Assembly (NCBI GenBank): GCA_029263055.1 | Contig: JAJCYG010000036.1 | Location: 6,708 to 70,707, forward strand | Length of the DNA stretch: 64,000 nucleotides | Direction of reading: 5' to 3' | DNA from: Actinomycetes bacterium | Lineage (GTDB): Bacteria; Auribacterota; JAJCYG01 | Shown here: positions 27,361-35,430 of the stretch, in pieces | How the letters are laid out: each line of letters starts with the position of its first letter | Position numbering within the stretch: the first letter of the stretch is position 1 | The notes under the pieces: generated by a model | Seen by the model: only the letters and a program-made list of their open reading frames with translations | Told to the model about the DNA's origin: nothing | Database searches by the model: none | Program-made: the position numbers and the translations under genes

Positions 27361-27840
27361 ATGAACTATTATGAAGAAGTAAAACCTTTAGTTGAAAAAT
27401 TAAAGAATCGAATTCCTGCGCCACCATTGGTACCCAGTCGTGCTTGGGATCCAGATCTTTCTAAGCAGATCAAAGGTTTAGATGTGAAAGAGACCATTCG
27501 CGCCTCACTTTTTTTATGGAATGATGATCTAGATAAAGCACACAAATTAGCCCAAGACATAACAAACTCAACCGGCAGTTTAATCCACGGCATTATGCAT
27601 CGCCGCCAACCTGATTATACTAATAGCAAATATTGGTATCGCCAAGTGGGCTCACATCCTATCTTCATTAATCTGATCCAAGAATTCCCAGGCTGGGAAC
27701 CGTTCACCTTTGTCGACCAATGCGAACTCACCGAACAAAACAACGATACCAAAATCCAAAACGACCTAGAAACCGTCCAATCCCGCGAACTAGAACTTCT
27801 CACACACTATTGTCTAGAACTAGAAGGTCTAGCGACCTAA
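27361..27840 (+). CDS. Hypothetical cytoplasmic protein (159 aa)
   Basis: ORF with good coding periodicity and a terminator downstream. No family recognised. Confidence 0.5.
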   Translation: MNYYEEVKPLVEKLKNRIPAPPLVPSRAWDPDLSKQIKGLDVKETIRASLFLWNDDLDKAHKLAQDITNSTGSLIHGIMHRRQPDYTNSKYWYRQVGSHPIFINLIQEFPGWEPFTFVDQCELTEQNNDTKIQNDLETVQSRELELLTHYCLELEGLAT

Positions 27841-27891
27841 TCTTACAGAATGTGATCTGTAACTATATTCGTAAGAATAGGTTATAAAGCA

Positions 27892-27937
27892 GACTAAATG
27901 AGTCCAAATTAAAAGTGGACTCATTTAGTCGTCTTTT
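27892..27937 (+). terminator. Rho-independent terminator (15-bp perfect stem GACTAAATGAGTCCA/TGGACTCATTTAGTC, 9-nt loop, then a T-run); possibly also the Rrf2 operator
   Basis: Perfect inverted repeat followed by gtctttt. It ends 30 nt before the Rrf2 gene start. Confidence 0.55.
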
Positions 27938-27962
27938 ATAAAATAAAGATAGAGGGAATAGG

Positions 27963-28412
27963 ATGAAATTTACAACTAAAACAGAATATGGGCTTATTTG
28001 TTTGGTCTACTTGGCGCAGCATCAAGGTGGCAAACCTTTGACTGCTAAAGAGATTGTGGCTGATGAGAGCTATTCGATCGCATTTATTGAAAAGATTTTG
28101 CAAGCATTGCGTAAAGCAGCGTTGGTTGAAGCTCATCATGGCGTGCAAGGGGGCTACACATTAGCTAAGCCACCTTCTGAAATTACGTTTAAAGCGATTG
28201 TTGAAGCTTTAGAAGGAAGCACATTTGAAGTTTTTTGTGAGCCAGAAAATCGAGAAAAAATTGTTTGCACACACCTTTCTTCTTGTGGGGTGAAAACGAT
28301 TTGGCAACAGACAAAGCAGGTGTTGGACAACTTTTTTGATTCAGTTACGTTAGAAAGTTTGATGAAGAGTTCGCCAACAGTGATGTTGCATAATAAAGAA
28401 AAGGCGAGTTAA
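27963..28412 (+). CDS. Rrf2-family transcriptional regulator (IscR/SufR-like, three-Cys cluster ligands)
   Basis: [18 protein letters not shown]...[42 protein letters not shown] is the Rrf2 w[20 protein letters not shown] supplies the Cys ligands. It lies directly upstream of sufB. Confidence 0.85.
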   Translation: MKFTTKTEYGLICLVYLAQHQGGKPLTAKEIVADESYSIAFIEKILQALRKAALVEAHHGVQGGYTLAKPPSEITFKAIVEALEGSTFEVFCEPENREKIVCTHLSSCGVKTIWQQTKQVLDNFFDSVTLESLMKSSPTVMLHNKEKAS

Positions 28413-28416
28413 GGCT

Positions 28417-29877
28417 ATGAGTAAAGAACAAACAAAAACATTAGACGATTTAGTCAATCGCGAGTATAAGTACGGTTTTAAAACTGATATTGAAACGGGC
28501 AAGCAGATTAAAGGTTTGTCTGAAGAGACAGTGCGCGCGATTTCTGCGTATAAAAATGAGCCGGAGTGGTTGTTGGAATACCGATTAGATGCGTACCACA
28601 AATGGCTTAAAATGAAAGAACCTAAGTGGTCGAGTGTTCACTATCCTGAGATTAACTATAAAGATTTGATTTACTATTCAGAGCCAAAACAAAAAACAGA
28701 CGCTGAAAAGCCTAAAAGTTTAGATGAAATCGATCCAGAACTTCGCCGCACATTTGAAAAATTAGGGATTTCTACTGCAGAGCAAAAGCGTTTGAGTGGT
28801 GTGGCTGTGGATGCGGTGTTTGATTCTGTTTCTGTGGGAACCTCTTTTAAAGAAAAACTCGAAAAGATAGGGATTATTTTCTGTGCTTTTTCTGAGGCCG
28901 TTCAAACTCATCCTGAATTGGTTCGAAAGTATATGAGTTCAGTGGTCCCGTCCAACGACAATTTTTATGCGGCTCTCAACTCTGCTGTTTTTACTGATGG
29001 TTCGTTTTGCTTCATTCCAAAAAATACAAAGTGCCCAATGGAGTTGTCGACTTACTTTCGAATTAACACAGAAGGTACGGGGCAGTTTGAACGGACTTTG
29101 ATTGTTTGCGAAGAAAATAGCACGGTCAGTTATTTGGAAGGGTGTACAGCCCCTCGATTTGACACCAACCAATTGCATGCTGCGGTGGTTGAATTAGTTG
29201 CTCTAGAAAATGCAGAGATTCGTTACTCCACAGTTCAAAACTGGTATGCCGGAGATCCTAAAACAGGCAAGGGTGGGATCTACAACTTTGTGACCAAACG
29301 TGGGGAGTGTCGCGGAAACAATTCTAAAATTTCATGGACCCAAGTTGAAACAGGTTCAGCCATTACTTGGAAATATCCTAGCTGTATTTTAATGGGAGAC
29401 AACTCCGTCGGTGAATTTTACTCGGTGGCATTAACCACAGGATATCAACAAGCCGATACAGGAACCAAAATGATTCATTTGGGTAGCAACACCAAGAGCA
29501 CGATTATTGCCAAGGGGATTGCAGCTGGTAAAGCTGAGAACAACTACCGTGGTTTGGTGCAAGTGGGCAAGAAAGCAAAGAATGTGCGTAATTTTACACA
29601 ATGTGATTCTTTATTAATTGGTCCGGCATGTGGAGCGCATACCTACCCGCATATTGATGTGCAAAATCCAACCGCTCAATTAGAACATGAAGCCTCGGTT
29701 TCGCGGGTGAGTGATGAGCAGTTGTTTTACTTTTTATCTCGTGGGATTAATGCAGAAGATGCCATGGGGATTATTATCCGTGGTTTTTGTAAAGATGTGT
29801 TCAAGCATTTGCCGTTTGAGTTTGCTGTAGAGGCGAACCAATTGTTAGGCCTTAAACTTGAAGGAACAGTTGGTTAA
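28417..29877 (+). CDS. sufB: Fe-S cluster assembly scaffold SufB
   Basis: 486 aa. [26 protein letters not shown] and the C-terminal [25 protein letters not shown] are characteristic of SufB. Confidence 0.9.
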   Translation: MSKEQTKTLDDLVNREYKYGFKTDIETGKQIKGLSEETVRAISAYKNEPEWLLEYRLDAYHKWLKMKEPKWSSVHYPEINYKDLIYYSEPKQKTDAEKPKSLDEIDPELRRTFEKLGISTAEQKRLSGVAVDAVFDSVSVGTSFKEKLEKIGIIFCAFSEAVQTHPELVRKYMSSVVPSNDNFYAALNSAVFTDGSFCFIPKNTKCPMELSTYFRINTEGTGQFERTLIVCEENSTVSYLEGCTAPRFDTNQLHAAVVELVALENAEIRYSTVQNWYAGDPKTGKGGIYNFVTKRGECRGNNSKISWTQVETGSAITWKYPSCILMGDNSVGEFYSVALTTGYQQADTGTKMIHLGSNTKSTIIAKGIAAGKAENNYRGLVQVGKKAKNVRNFTQCDSLLIGPACGAHTYPHIDVQNPTAQLEHEASVSRVSDEQLFYFLSRGINAEDAMGIIIRGFCKDVFKHLPFEFAVEANQLLGLKLEGTVG

Positions 29878-29905
29878 CGCCAAAGACTTTGTAAAGGAGA
29901 GAAAG

Positions 29906-30676
29906 ATGTTATCGATTAAAAATTTACATGCCAATATAGACAACACAGAAATCTTGCAAGGGATTAACTTGGAGATTAAAAAAGGTGAAGTTCATGCCAT
30001 TATGGGACCCAACGGTTCGGGTAAGAGCACTTTGGCTAAAATTTTAGCTGGAGACCCTAAGTATGCAGTCACTGAGGGAGAAGTTCTTTATAACGGAAAA
30101 AACCTTTTTGATTTAGCTCCTGAAGAGCGCGCTCAACAAGGGGTTTTTATGGCGTTTCAATATCCAGTGGAAGTGCCAGGTGTGAAGAATGAACCTTTCT
30201 TGCGGATGGCTTACAACGCTAAGCTTAAAGCAGAAGGCAAAGATGAATTAGATCCGATTGAGTTTGAATCTGTGGTTAAAGAAAAGTTAAAAATTGTAGA
30301 AATGTCTGAAGATTTTCTTAAACGAAATGTGAACCATGGTTTTTCGGGTGGAGAAAAGAAACGAAACGAAATTTTGCAAATGGCTGTACTTGAGCCTAAG
30401 CTAGGTCTGTTAGATGAAACCGATTCAGGTTTAGATGTCGATGCATTGCGTATTGTTGCCTCAGGTATCAATCGTTTAAAACGAGATGACAATGCGTTTG
30501 TGTTGGTGACCCACTACCAACGTATTTTAAATTATGTGGTTCCTGATTTTGTGCATGTTCTTTATAAAGGAAAGATTGTTCGTTCTGGCGGTAAAGAGTT
30601 AGCTCTTGAAGTTGAAGAGAACGGATATGACACCATTATTAAAGAGCAGTGCAAAGTGGTGACAGGGGGTGCCTGA
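29906..30676 (+). CDS. sufC: Fe-S cluster assembly ATPase SufC
   Basis: Walker A GPNGSGKST. ABC signature FSGGEKKRNEILQ. Start at MLSIKNLH, with an SD AAGGAG upstream. Confidence 0.9.
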   Translation: MLSIKNLHANIDNTEILQGINLEIKKGEVHAIMGPNGSGKSTLAKILAGDPKYAVTEGEVLYNGKNLFDLAPEERAQQGVFMAFQYPVEVPGVKNEPFLRMAYNAKLKAEGKDELDPIEFESVVKEKLKIVEMSEDFLKRNVNHGFSGGEKKRNEILQMAVLEPKLGLLDETDSGLDVDALRIVASGINRLKRDDNAFVLVTHYQRILNYVVPDFVHVLYKGKIVRSGGKELALEVEENGYDTIIKEQCKVVTGGA

Positions 30677-32028
30677 TGAGCGACGCGATCAAAACTCCTT
30701 ATCAAGTCTCTTTAGAAGAGGACTATGAACATCAGTCTGTCGATGTCAATGAATGGTTGAAGCAAACACGTGCCACTGCTTTTGAACGTTTCCACGAATT
30801 AGACTTCCCCACTAAAAAAGATGAAGCGTGGAAATACGCTAATTTAAATCCTCTATTAAAAACCTCTTTTTCTACAGCCACTAAAAAAGAGCAAATAGAG
30901 ATTGAGCCTCAAGCCATTGAGTCTCATTTTTTAACTAAAGGGTCTCACCGTTTGACTTTTATTAATGGGATCTCTTCGCCTCAGTTTTCCTCTGCAGATA
31001 ATTTGCCTGAAGGGGTGAAACTACAATCTTTAGCTGAAGCGCTTGTGGAACAGCCTGAATGGGTTCAAGCTGAACTTAAGAGTGGTTTAAAAGAAGAGTT
31101 AAATCCTTTTGCCTCAATCAATACCTTTAGCTTTCAAGAAGGTGTTTGTTTGACGATTGCTGATGATGTTGTTGTTGATCTGCCAATTCATTTGCTTTTT
31201 GCGGGTGTGGGCAAGGATCAGTCTTTGGCTAATTACCCTCGAGTGATTCTTTCAATAGGTAATGGAGCGAAGGTAAACCTTTTGTTTGATTCTATTGGTA
31301 TCACTGCTTCTTCCCGTTTTTCTAATAGTTTGCTTGATTTGCACTTAGGGCGTAATTCACGTCTGGATTTTGTGCTGTTGCAACGCGAAGAGGCAAAAGC
31401 TTTTCAGTTTTTTACAACGCGCGCACGTTTGCAAGAAGGGGCTACTTTGGACTATGTGGGCTATTCTCGTGGTGGCGAAATCTTGCGCAATGAAGCGGTC
31501 ATTGATTTTGAGGGAGAAAATGCTTTTGCTGATCTGCGCTTTCTTTCGGTCTTGTCTGAAAAGACAAAATTTTACAATCATATAGTGATGAATCATAAAG
31601 TGCCAGGGTGTACGAGCCGGCAATTAAGTAAAAATATTTTAGCGGATAAAGCACAAACAGAATTTAATAGTTTGGTTTCAGTTTTTCGCGATGCCCAAAA
31701 ATCAGATACAGATCAGCTTAATCGAAATTTGTTGTTGTCTGATTCAGCTCGCGCATATTCACGCCCTCAATTAAAGATTGATGCTGATGATGTGCAGTGC
31801 GCACATGGAGCCGCAACAGGTCATTTGGTTGGAGACGAACTTTTTTACCTTCGAAGCCGCGGCATTGATAAAAAACTAGCCAGTTTTTTATTAACCTATA
31901 GCTTTGCTGATGAAGTCTTAAATTCGATTCCTTTTCCTGAATTGCGTTACTTTCTTGAAAATGAAGTGCATCATGAATTAGATTCTATTTTAGAAAAAGT
32001 GCAGCCAGAAAATATTGGAGTGGTTTAA
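30676..32028 (+). CDS. sufD: Fe-S cluster assembly protein SufD
   Basis: The SufB/SufD beta-helix family C-terminus has ...DADDVQCAHGAATGHLVGDELFYLRSRGI. The ATG overlaps the sufC stop (TGATG). Confidence 0.85.
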   Translation: MSDAIKTPYQVSLEEDYEHQSVDVNEWLKQTRATAFERFHELDFPTKKDEAWKYANLNPLLKTSFSTATKKEQIEIEPQAIESHFLTKGSHRLTFINGISSPQFSSADNLPEGVKLQSLAEALVEQPEWVQAELKSGLKEELNPFASINTFSFQEGVCLTIADDVVVDLPIHLLFAGVGKDQSLANYPRVILSIGNGAKVNLLFDSIGITASSRFSNSLLDLHLGRNSRLDFVLLQREEAKAFQFFTTRARLQEGATLDYVGYSRGGEILRNEAVIDFEGENAFADLRFLSVLSEKTKFYNHIVMNHKVPGCTSRQLSKNILADKAQTEFNSLVSVFRDAQKSDTDQLNRNLLLSDSARAYSRPQLKIDADDVQCAHGAATGHLVGDELFYLRSRGIDKKLASFLLTYSFADEVLNSIPFPELRYFLENEVHHELDSILEKVQPENIGVV

Positions 32029-33264
32029 GTGAGTACAAAGACAGAAATTATCAATATTGAGCAAATCCGAAAAGACTTTCCGATTCTGAGCACTCAGATG
32101 AATGGAAAACCGCTTGTTTATTTGGATAATGCAGCAAGCACGCAAAAGCCTCAATCTGTGATTGATCGTCTTACAAAGTTTTACCGTGATGAATATGCAA
32201 CGGTGAGTCGGGGTGTGTATGCGTTAAGCCAGCAAGCCACGATTGAGTGTATGCAAGTGCGTGAAAAATGTGCGCAATTACTTAATGCCGCTAAATCAGA
32301 AGAGATCGTCTTTGTTCGAGGCGCTACCGAAGGAATTAACTTAATTGCTTCAGCCTATGGTGAAAAATTTTTAAAGCCAGGCGATGAAGTGATTGTGAGT
32401 AATATTGAACACCATGCTAATTTTGTGCCGTGGCAACAACTCTGCAAGAAAGTAGGGGCTGCGTTTAAAGTGATTCCTGTTAATGATGCAGGGGAGCTTC
32501 TTTTAGATGAATACAAACAGCTCTTAACGGATAAAACAAAAATTGTGGCAGTGGGCCAAGTTTCTAATGCATTGGGCACCATTAACCCTATTAAAGAAAT
32601 CGTTGCTTTAGCTCATGGAGTGGGAGCTATTACGGTGATTGATGGGGCCCAAGGTGTCCCTCATTTAAAGACTGATGTGCAAGATATTGACGCTGACTTT
32701 TACGTTTTTTCAGGTCACAAAATATTTGCTCCAACAGGAATTGGTGTTGTTTACGGTAAAGAAAAGCTTTTAGAGGCAATGGATCCGTACCAATATGGTG
32801 GAGAAATGGTTCAAAGTGTTTCAATCGAAGAGACTACTTTTGCTCAAGTCCCACAAAAATTTGAAGCAGGAACCACTGCTTTTGCGCAGATCATTGGCTT
32901 AGGTGCCGCATTAGATTATGTAAACAAGATTGGTTTGGATAACATTGCTGCATATGAACATGAGCTCTTACTTGAAGCAACCAAAAAGCTAGAAGCGGTT
33001 GAAGGTCTTCGCATTATTGGGACGGCTGTTAACAAAGCTTCAGTGATTTCATTTGAATTGAAAGATATTCATCCTCATGATATTGGAACGATCGTTGACC
33101 AAGAAGGGGTGGCCATCCGAACAGGCCATCACTGTGCTCAACCCACCATGCAACGTTTTGGCGTGCCTGCCACAGCCCGTGCCTCATTTTGCTTTTACAA
33201 CACAAAAGAAGAGATTGATGCGTTGGTTGCTGCTATCGAAAAAGTAAAACAGGTTTTTTCATGA
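32029..33264 (+). CDS. sufS: Cysteine desulfurase SufS (PLP-dependent, class V aminotransferase fold)
   Basis: GTG start directly after the sufD stop. ...LVYLDNAASTQKP...SGHKIFAPTGIGVVYGK (PLP-Lys region)...RTGHHCAQP (active-site Cys loop). Confidence 0.9.
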   Translation: MSTKTEIINIEQIRKDFPILSTQMNGKPLVYLDNAASTQKPQSVIDRLTKFYRDEYATVSRGVYALSQQATIECMQVREKCAQLLNAAKSEEIVFVRGATEGINLIASAYGEKFLKPGDEVIVSNIEHHANFVPWQQLCKKVGAAFKVIPVNDAGELLLDEYKQLLTDKTKIVAVGQVSNALGTINPIKEIVALAHGVGAITVIDGAQGVPHLKTDVQDIDADFYVFSGHKIFAPTGIGVVYGKEKLLEAMDPYQYGGEMVQSVSIEETTFAQVPQKFEAGTTAFAQIIGLGAALDYVNKIGLDNIAAYEHELLLEATKKLEAVEGLRIIGTAVNKASVISFELKDIHPHDIGTIVDQEGVAIRTGHHCAQPTMQRFGVPATARASFCFYNTKEEIDALVAAIEKVKQVFS

Positions 33265-33710
33265 TTCCTGACGCACCCGAACCCAAACTTAGTTCTCTGT
33301 ATCAAGAAGTTATTTTAGAGCACAACCGAAAACCACGTAACTACAAAGAAATCGCTGATGCTAAAAACTACGCACATGGTGTGAATCCGTTATGTGGAGA
33401 TGACTACCATCTCTATTTAGTTTTAGATGATCAAGGTGTGGTACAAGACGTCGGTTTTACAGGAAGTGGTTGTGCGATCTCCAAATCAAGTGCCTCAATC
33501 ATGACCACTATGGTCAAAGGTAAAAAAGTAGAAGAGTGTCAAACCCTTCTAAAATCATTCTTAGAAATGATGACCCAAGACGAAGTTTCTGCAGAGTCTA
33601 AAGAAAACATTGGCCGTCTCTCTATGTTCGGCGGCGTCAAAGAATTCCCCATCCGCGTCAAATGCGCCACCCTTATCTGGCATGCTCTTGCCGATGCTTT
33701 AAAAGGTTAG
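33261..33710 (+). CDS. sufU: SufU/IscU-like zinc-dependent sulfur-transfer protein
   Basis: NPLCGDDYHLYLVLDD...GFTGSGCAISKSSASIMT carries the SufU Cys ligands. 149 aa. Overlaps sufS by 4 nt. Confidence 0.85.
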   Translation: MIPDAPEPKLSSLYQEVILEHNRKPRNYKEIADAKNYAHGVNPLCGDDYHLYLVLDDQGVVQDVGFTGSGCAISKSSASIMTTMVKGKKVEECQTLLKSFLEMMTQDEVSAESKENIGRLSMFGGVKEFPIRVKCATLIWHALADALKG

Positions 33711-33777
33711 ATCCTTTACTTTGTCCTGAATGGCTCGCATTACTTATTTAAAATGGTTCTTGGTGTTTATTTGAGTG

Positions 33778-33806
33778 TTGACAAAAGGCATACATTGTAT
33801 TAATAT
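33778..33806 (+). promoter_or_regulatory. Sigma70-like promoter (-35 TTGACA, 17-nt spacer, -10 TAATAT) ending 6 nt before the brnT ATG, giving a predicted leaderless transcript
   Basis: TTGACA at 33778-33783. TAATAT at 33801-33806. The brnT ATG is at 33813. Confidence 0.4.
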
Positions 33807-33812
33807 GAAGTT

Positions 33813-34109
33813 ATGCTTATCTACTCTTGGAATATTGAAAAGAATAAACAATTAAAGAAAGAGAGAGGTGTTTCTTTCGAAGAGGTGGTTTGCCGTTTAG
33901 AGGAGGGAGATGGGTTGGATGTTGTGACTCATCCGAATCAAACAAAGTATAAAGGGCAAAAAATGTTGATTGTTCGGATAAGTGATTATGTTTATTTGGT
34001 TCCTTTTGTAGAAAATAAGGGAGAACGGTTTTTAAAGACAATTATACCTAGCAGAAAAGCGACAAAGATGTTCATAAAGGACGGTGAAGAAAATGACAAA
34101 GCTAACTAA
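33813..34109 (+). CDS. brnT: BrnT-family type II toxin (DUF497 ribonuclease)
   Basis: MLIYSWNIEKNKQLKKERGVSFEEVV... follows the BrnT consensus (WDxxKxxxNxxKHGVSFEEA). 98 aa. Confidence 0.8.
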   Translation: MLIYSWNIEKNKQLKKERGVSFEEVVCRLEEGDGLDVVTHPNQTKYKGQKMLIVRISDYVYLVPFVENKGERFLKTIIPSRKATKMFIKDGEENDKAN

Positions 34110-34371
34110 AGAAGAAAAAGAATTGTTAGAGTCTTTTGAGAGTGGAGAATGGAAGTCTGTTAAGAATAAAAAAGAGCAGTTGAAAAAATATGCTGAAATT
34201 GCTCGGGCAACACTTCAAAAAGATAAGAGAATTAACATTCGTCTTACCACGAAAGATCTGTCTGATATTAAAGTCAGGGCAATGGAAGAGGGGCTTCCTT
34301 ATCAGACGTTGATTTCTAGTGTGATTCATAAGTATGTGAATGGACGTTTGGTTGATAAAAAAGCCTCTTAG
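34084..34371 (+). CDS. brnA: BrnA antitoxin (ribbon-helix-helix)
   Basis: ...KRINIRLTTKDLSDIKVRAMEEGLPYQTLISSVIHKYVNGRL is the BrnA C-terminal signature. It overlaps brnT. The start is GTG 34084 or ATG 34093. Confidence 0.8.
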   Translation: MKKMTKLTKEEKELLESFESGEWKSVKNKKEQLKKYAEIARATLQKDKRINIRLTTKDLSDIKVRAMEEGLPYQTLISSVIHKYVNGRLVDKKAS

Positions 34372-34376
34372 AAAAA

Positions 34377-35339
34377 TTAGTGTGATTTTTTTCTGAAGGG
34401 GAGAAGGCCGAAAAGAGCTGAGCCTAGAAGGAAAAGTGTGGCTGGTTCTGGGACAGGTTCTGAAGCTTCTCCTAAAAGAGCTAATTGTCCTGGATTTGAT
34501 AATCCTGTTACCACGTTTTCTATGTTTGAGTTTAAGCCGTCAAAATCTGCACGCCTAATACTCTTTGCTGCGCCGTCATCAGTATAATAAATTTTTCCAG
34601 CTGTGATATCTAAGTCAATCCCATAGGGAATGCCTAATCCTGTTGTTATGACACTTTCTATATTTGAATTTAAGCCATTCATATTTGCGCGGCTAATATC
34701 GCCACTTCCTGAATAATAGACCTTTCCAGCATCGACGTCTAATGTCACATCATAAAGGCTAGCTACTCCTGTGACAACGTCTTCTACGTTTGATCCATCT
34801 AAATTTGCACGTTGTACCTTATCTGTAGTAATATCTGCCCAATATATTTTTCCATTGGTTGAGTCTACATCAATTCCATATGCCCCTGATAACCCGCCAA
34901 TGCCTAAATCTTCAACATTCGATCCATCTAAATTTGCTCGTTTGATAAAGTTGTTTCCAAAATCTGTAAAGTACATTTTTCCACCTGCTACATCTAAGTC
35001 TAAGCCCCAGGTGTTGGAGAGTCCTGCTGCTGCGGTTACTAATGTTTCAACATTATTACCATCAAAATCAGCTCGTTGGATTAAATCTGTTCCATAATCA
35101 GCCCAGTAGACTTTTGAGTTGACGGAATCAACTGCTATAGCGAATGGGTTTGATAATCCAGTTACAATGTCAGTGACATTAGATCCATCTTTATCACCAC
35201 TGGTTATTTTGCCTGTGGCCCATTCAGCCCAAAACATTTCAGCAGCTTTTGCTTGATGGGTGAATCCGAATATAAAAAGAAGGATAAGGCAGGAAATTGT
35301 AATAAATGATACATGTCTCAAATGTTTGATTTGTTTCAA
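34377..35339 (-). CDS. Secreted YWTD (LDL-receptor class B)-type beta-propeller repeat protein with a PEP-CTERM sorting signal
   Basis: Signal peptide. Five to six repeats of the form KVYWADYGTDLIQRADFDGNNVE or KIYWADITTDKVQRANLDGSNVE. C-terminus ...VPEPATLFLLGSALFGLLPFRKKSH (PEP motif, TM helix, basic tail). Confidence 0.7.
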   Translation of the reverse strand: MKQIKHLRHVSFITISCLILLFIFGFTHQAKAAEMFWAEWATGKITSGDKDGSNVTDIVTGLSNPFAIAVDSVNSKVYWADYGTDLIQRADFDGNNVETLVTAAAGLSNTWGLDLDVAGGKMYFTDFGNNFIKRANLDGSNVEDLGIGGLSGAYGIDVDSTNGKIYWADITTDKVQRANLDGSNVEDVVTGVASLYDVTLDVDAGKVYYSGSGDISRANMNGLNSNIESVITTGLGIPYGIDLDITAGKIYYTDDGAAKSIRRADFDGLNSNIENVVTGLSNPGQLALLGEASEPVPEPATLFLLGSALFGLLPFRKKSH

Positions 35340-35430
35340 AACATCCTCACTTTGTATAACTTAAATATACCACATTTCTGAGGGTTTATAAAGGGCTTGG
35401 ACCGAACGTTACAGTGAGTCATAAAAGGTG

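Noticed and set aside
28417-33710. Considered whether the suf operon was unusual (SufU present together with SufBCD and SufS, no SufE/SufA)
   Set aside because: An Rrf2-sufBCDSU layout is common in bacteria that use a SufU-dependent SufS. It is not unusual.
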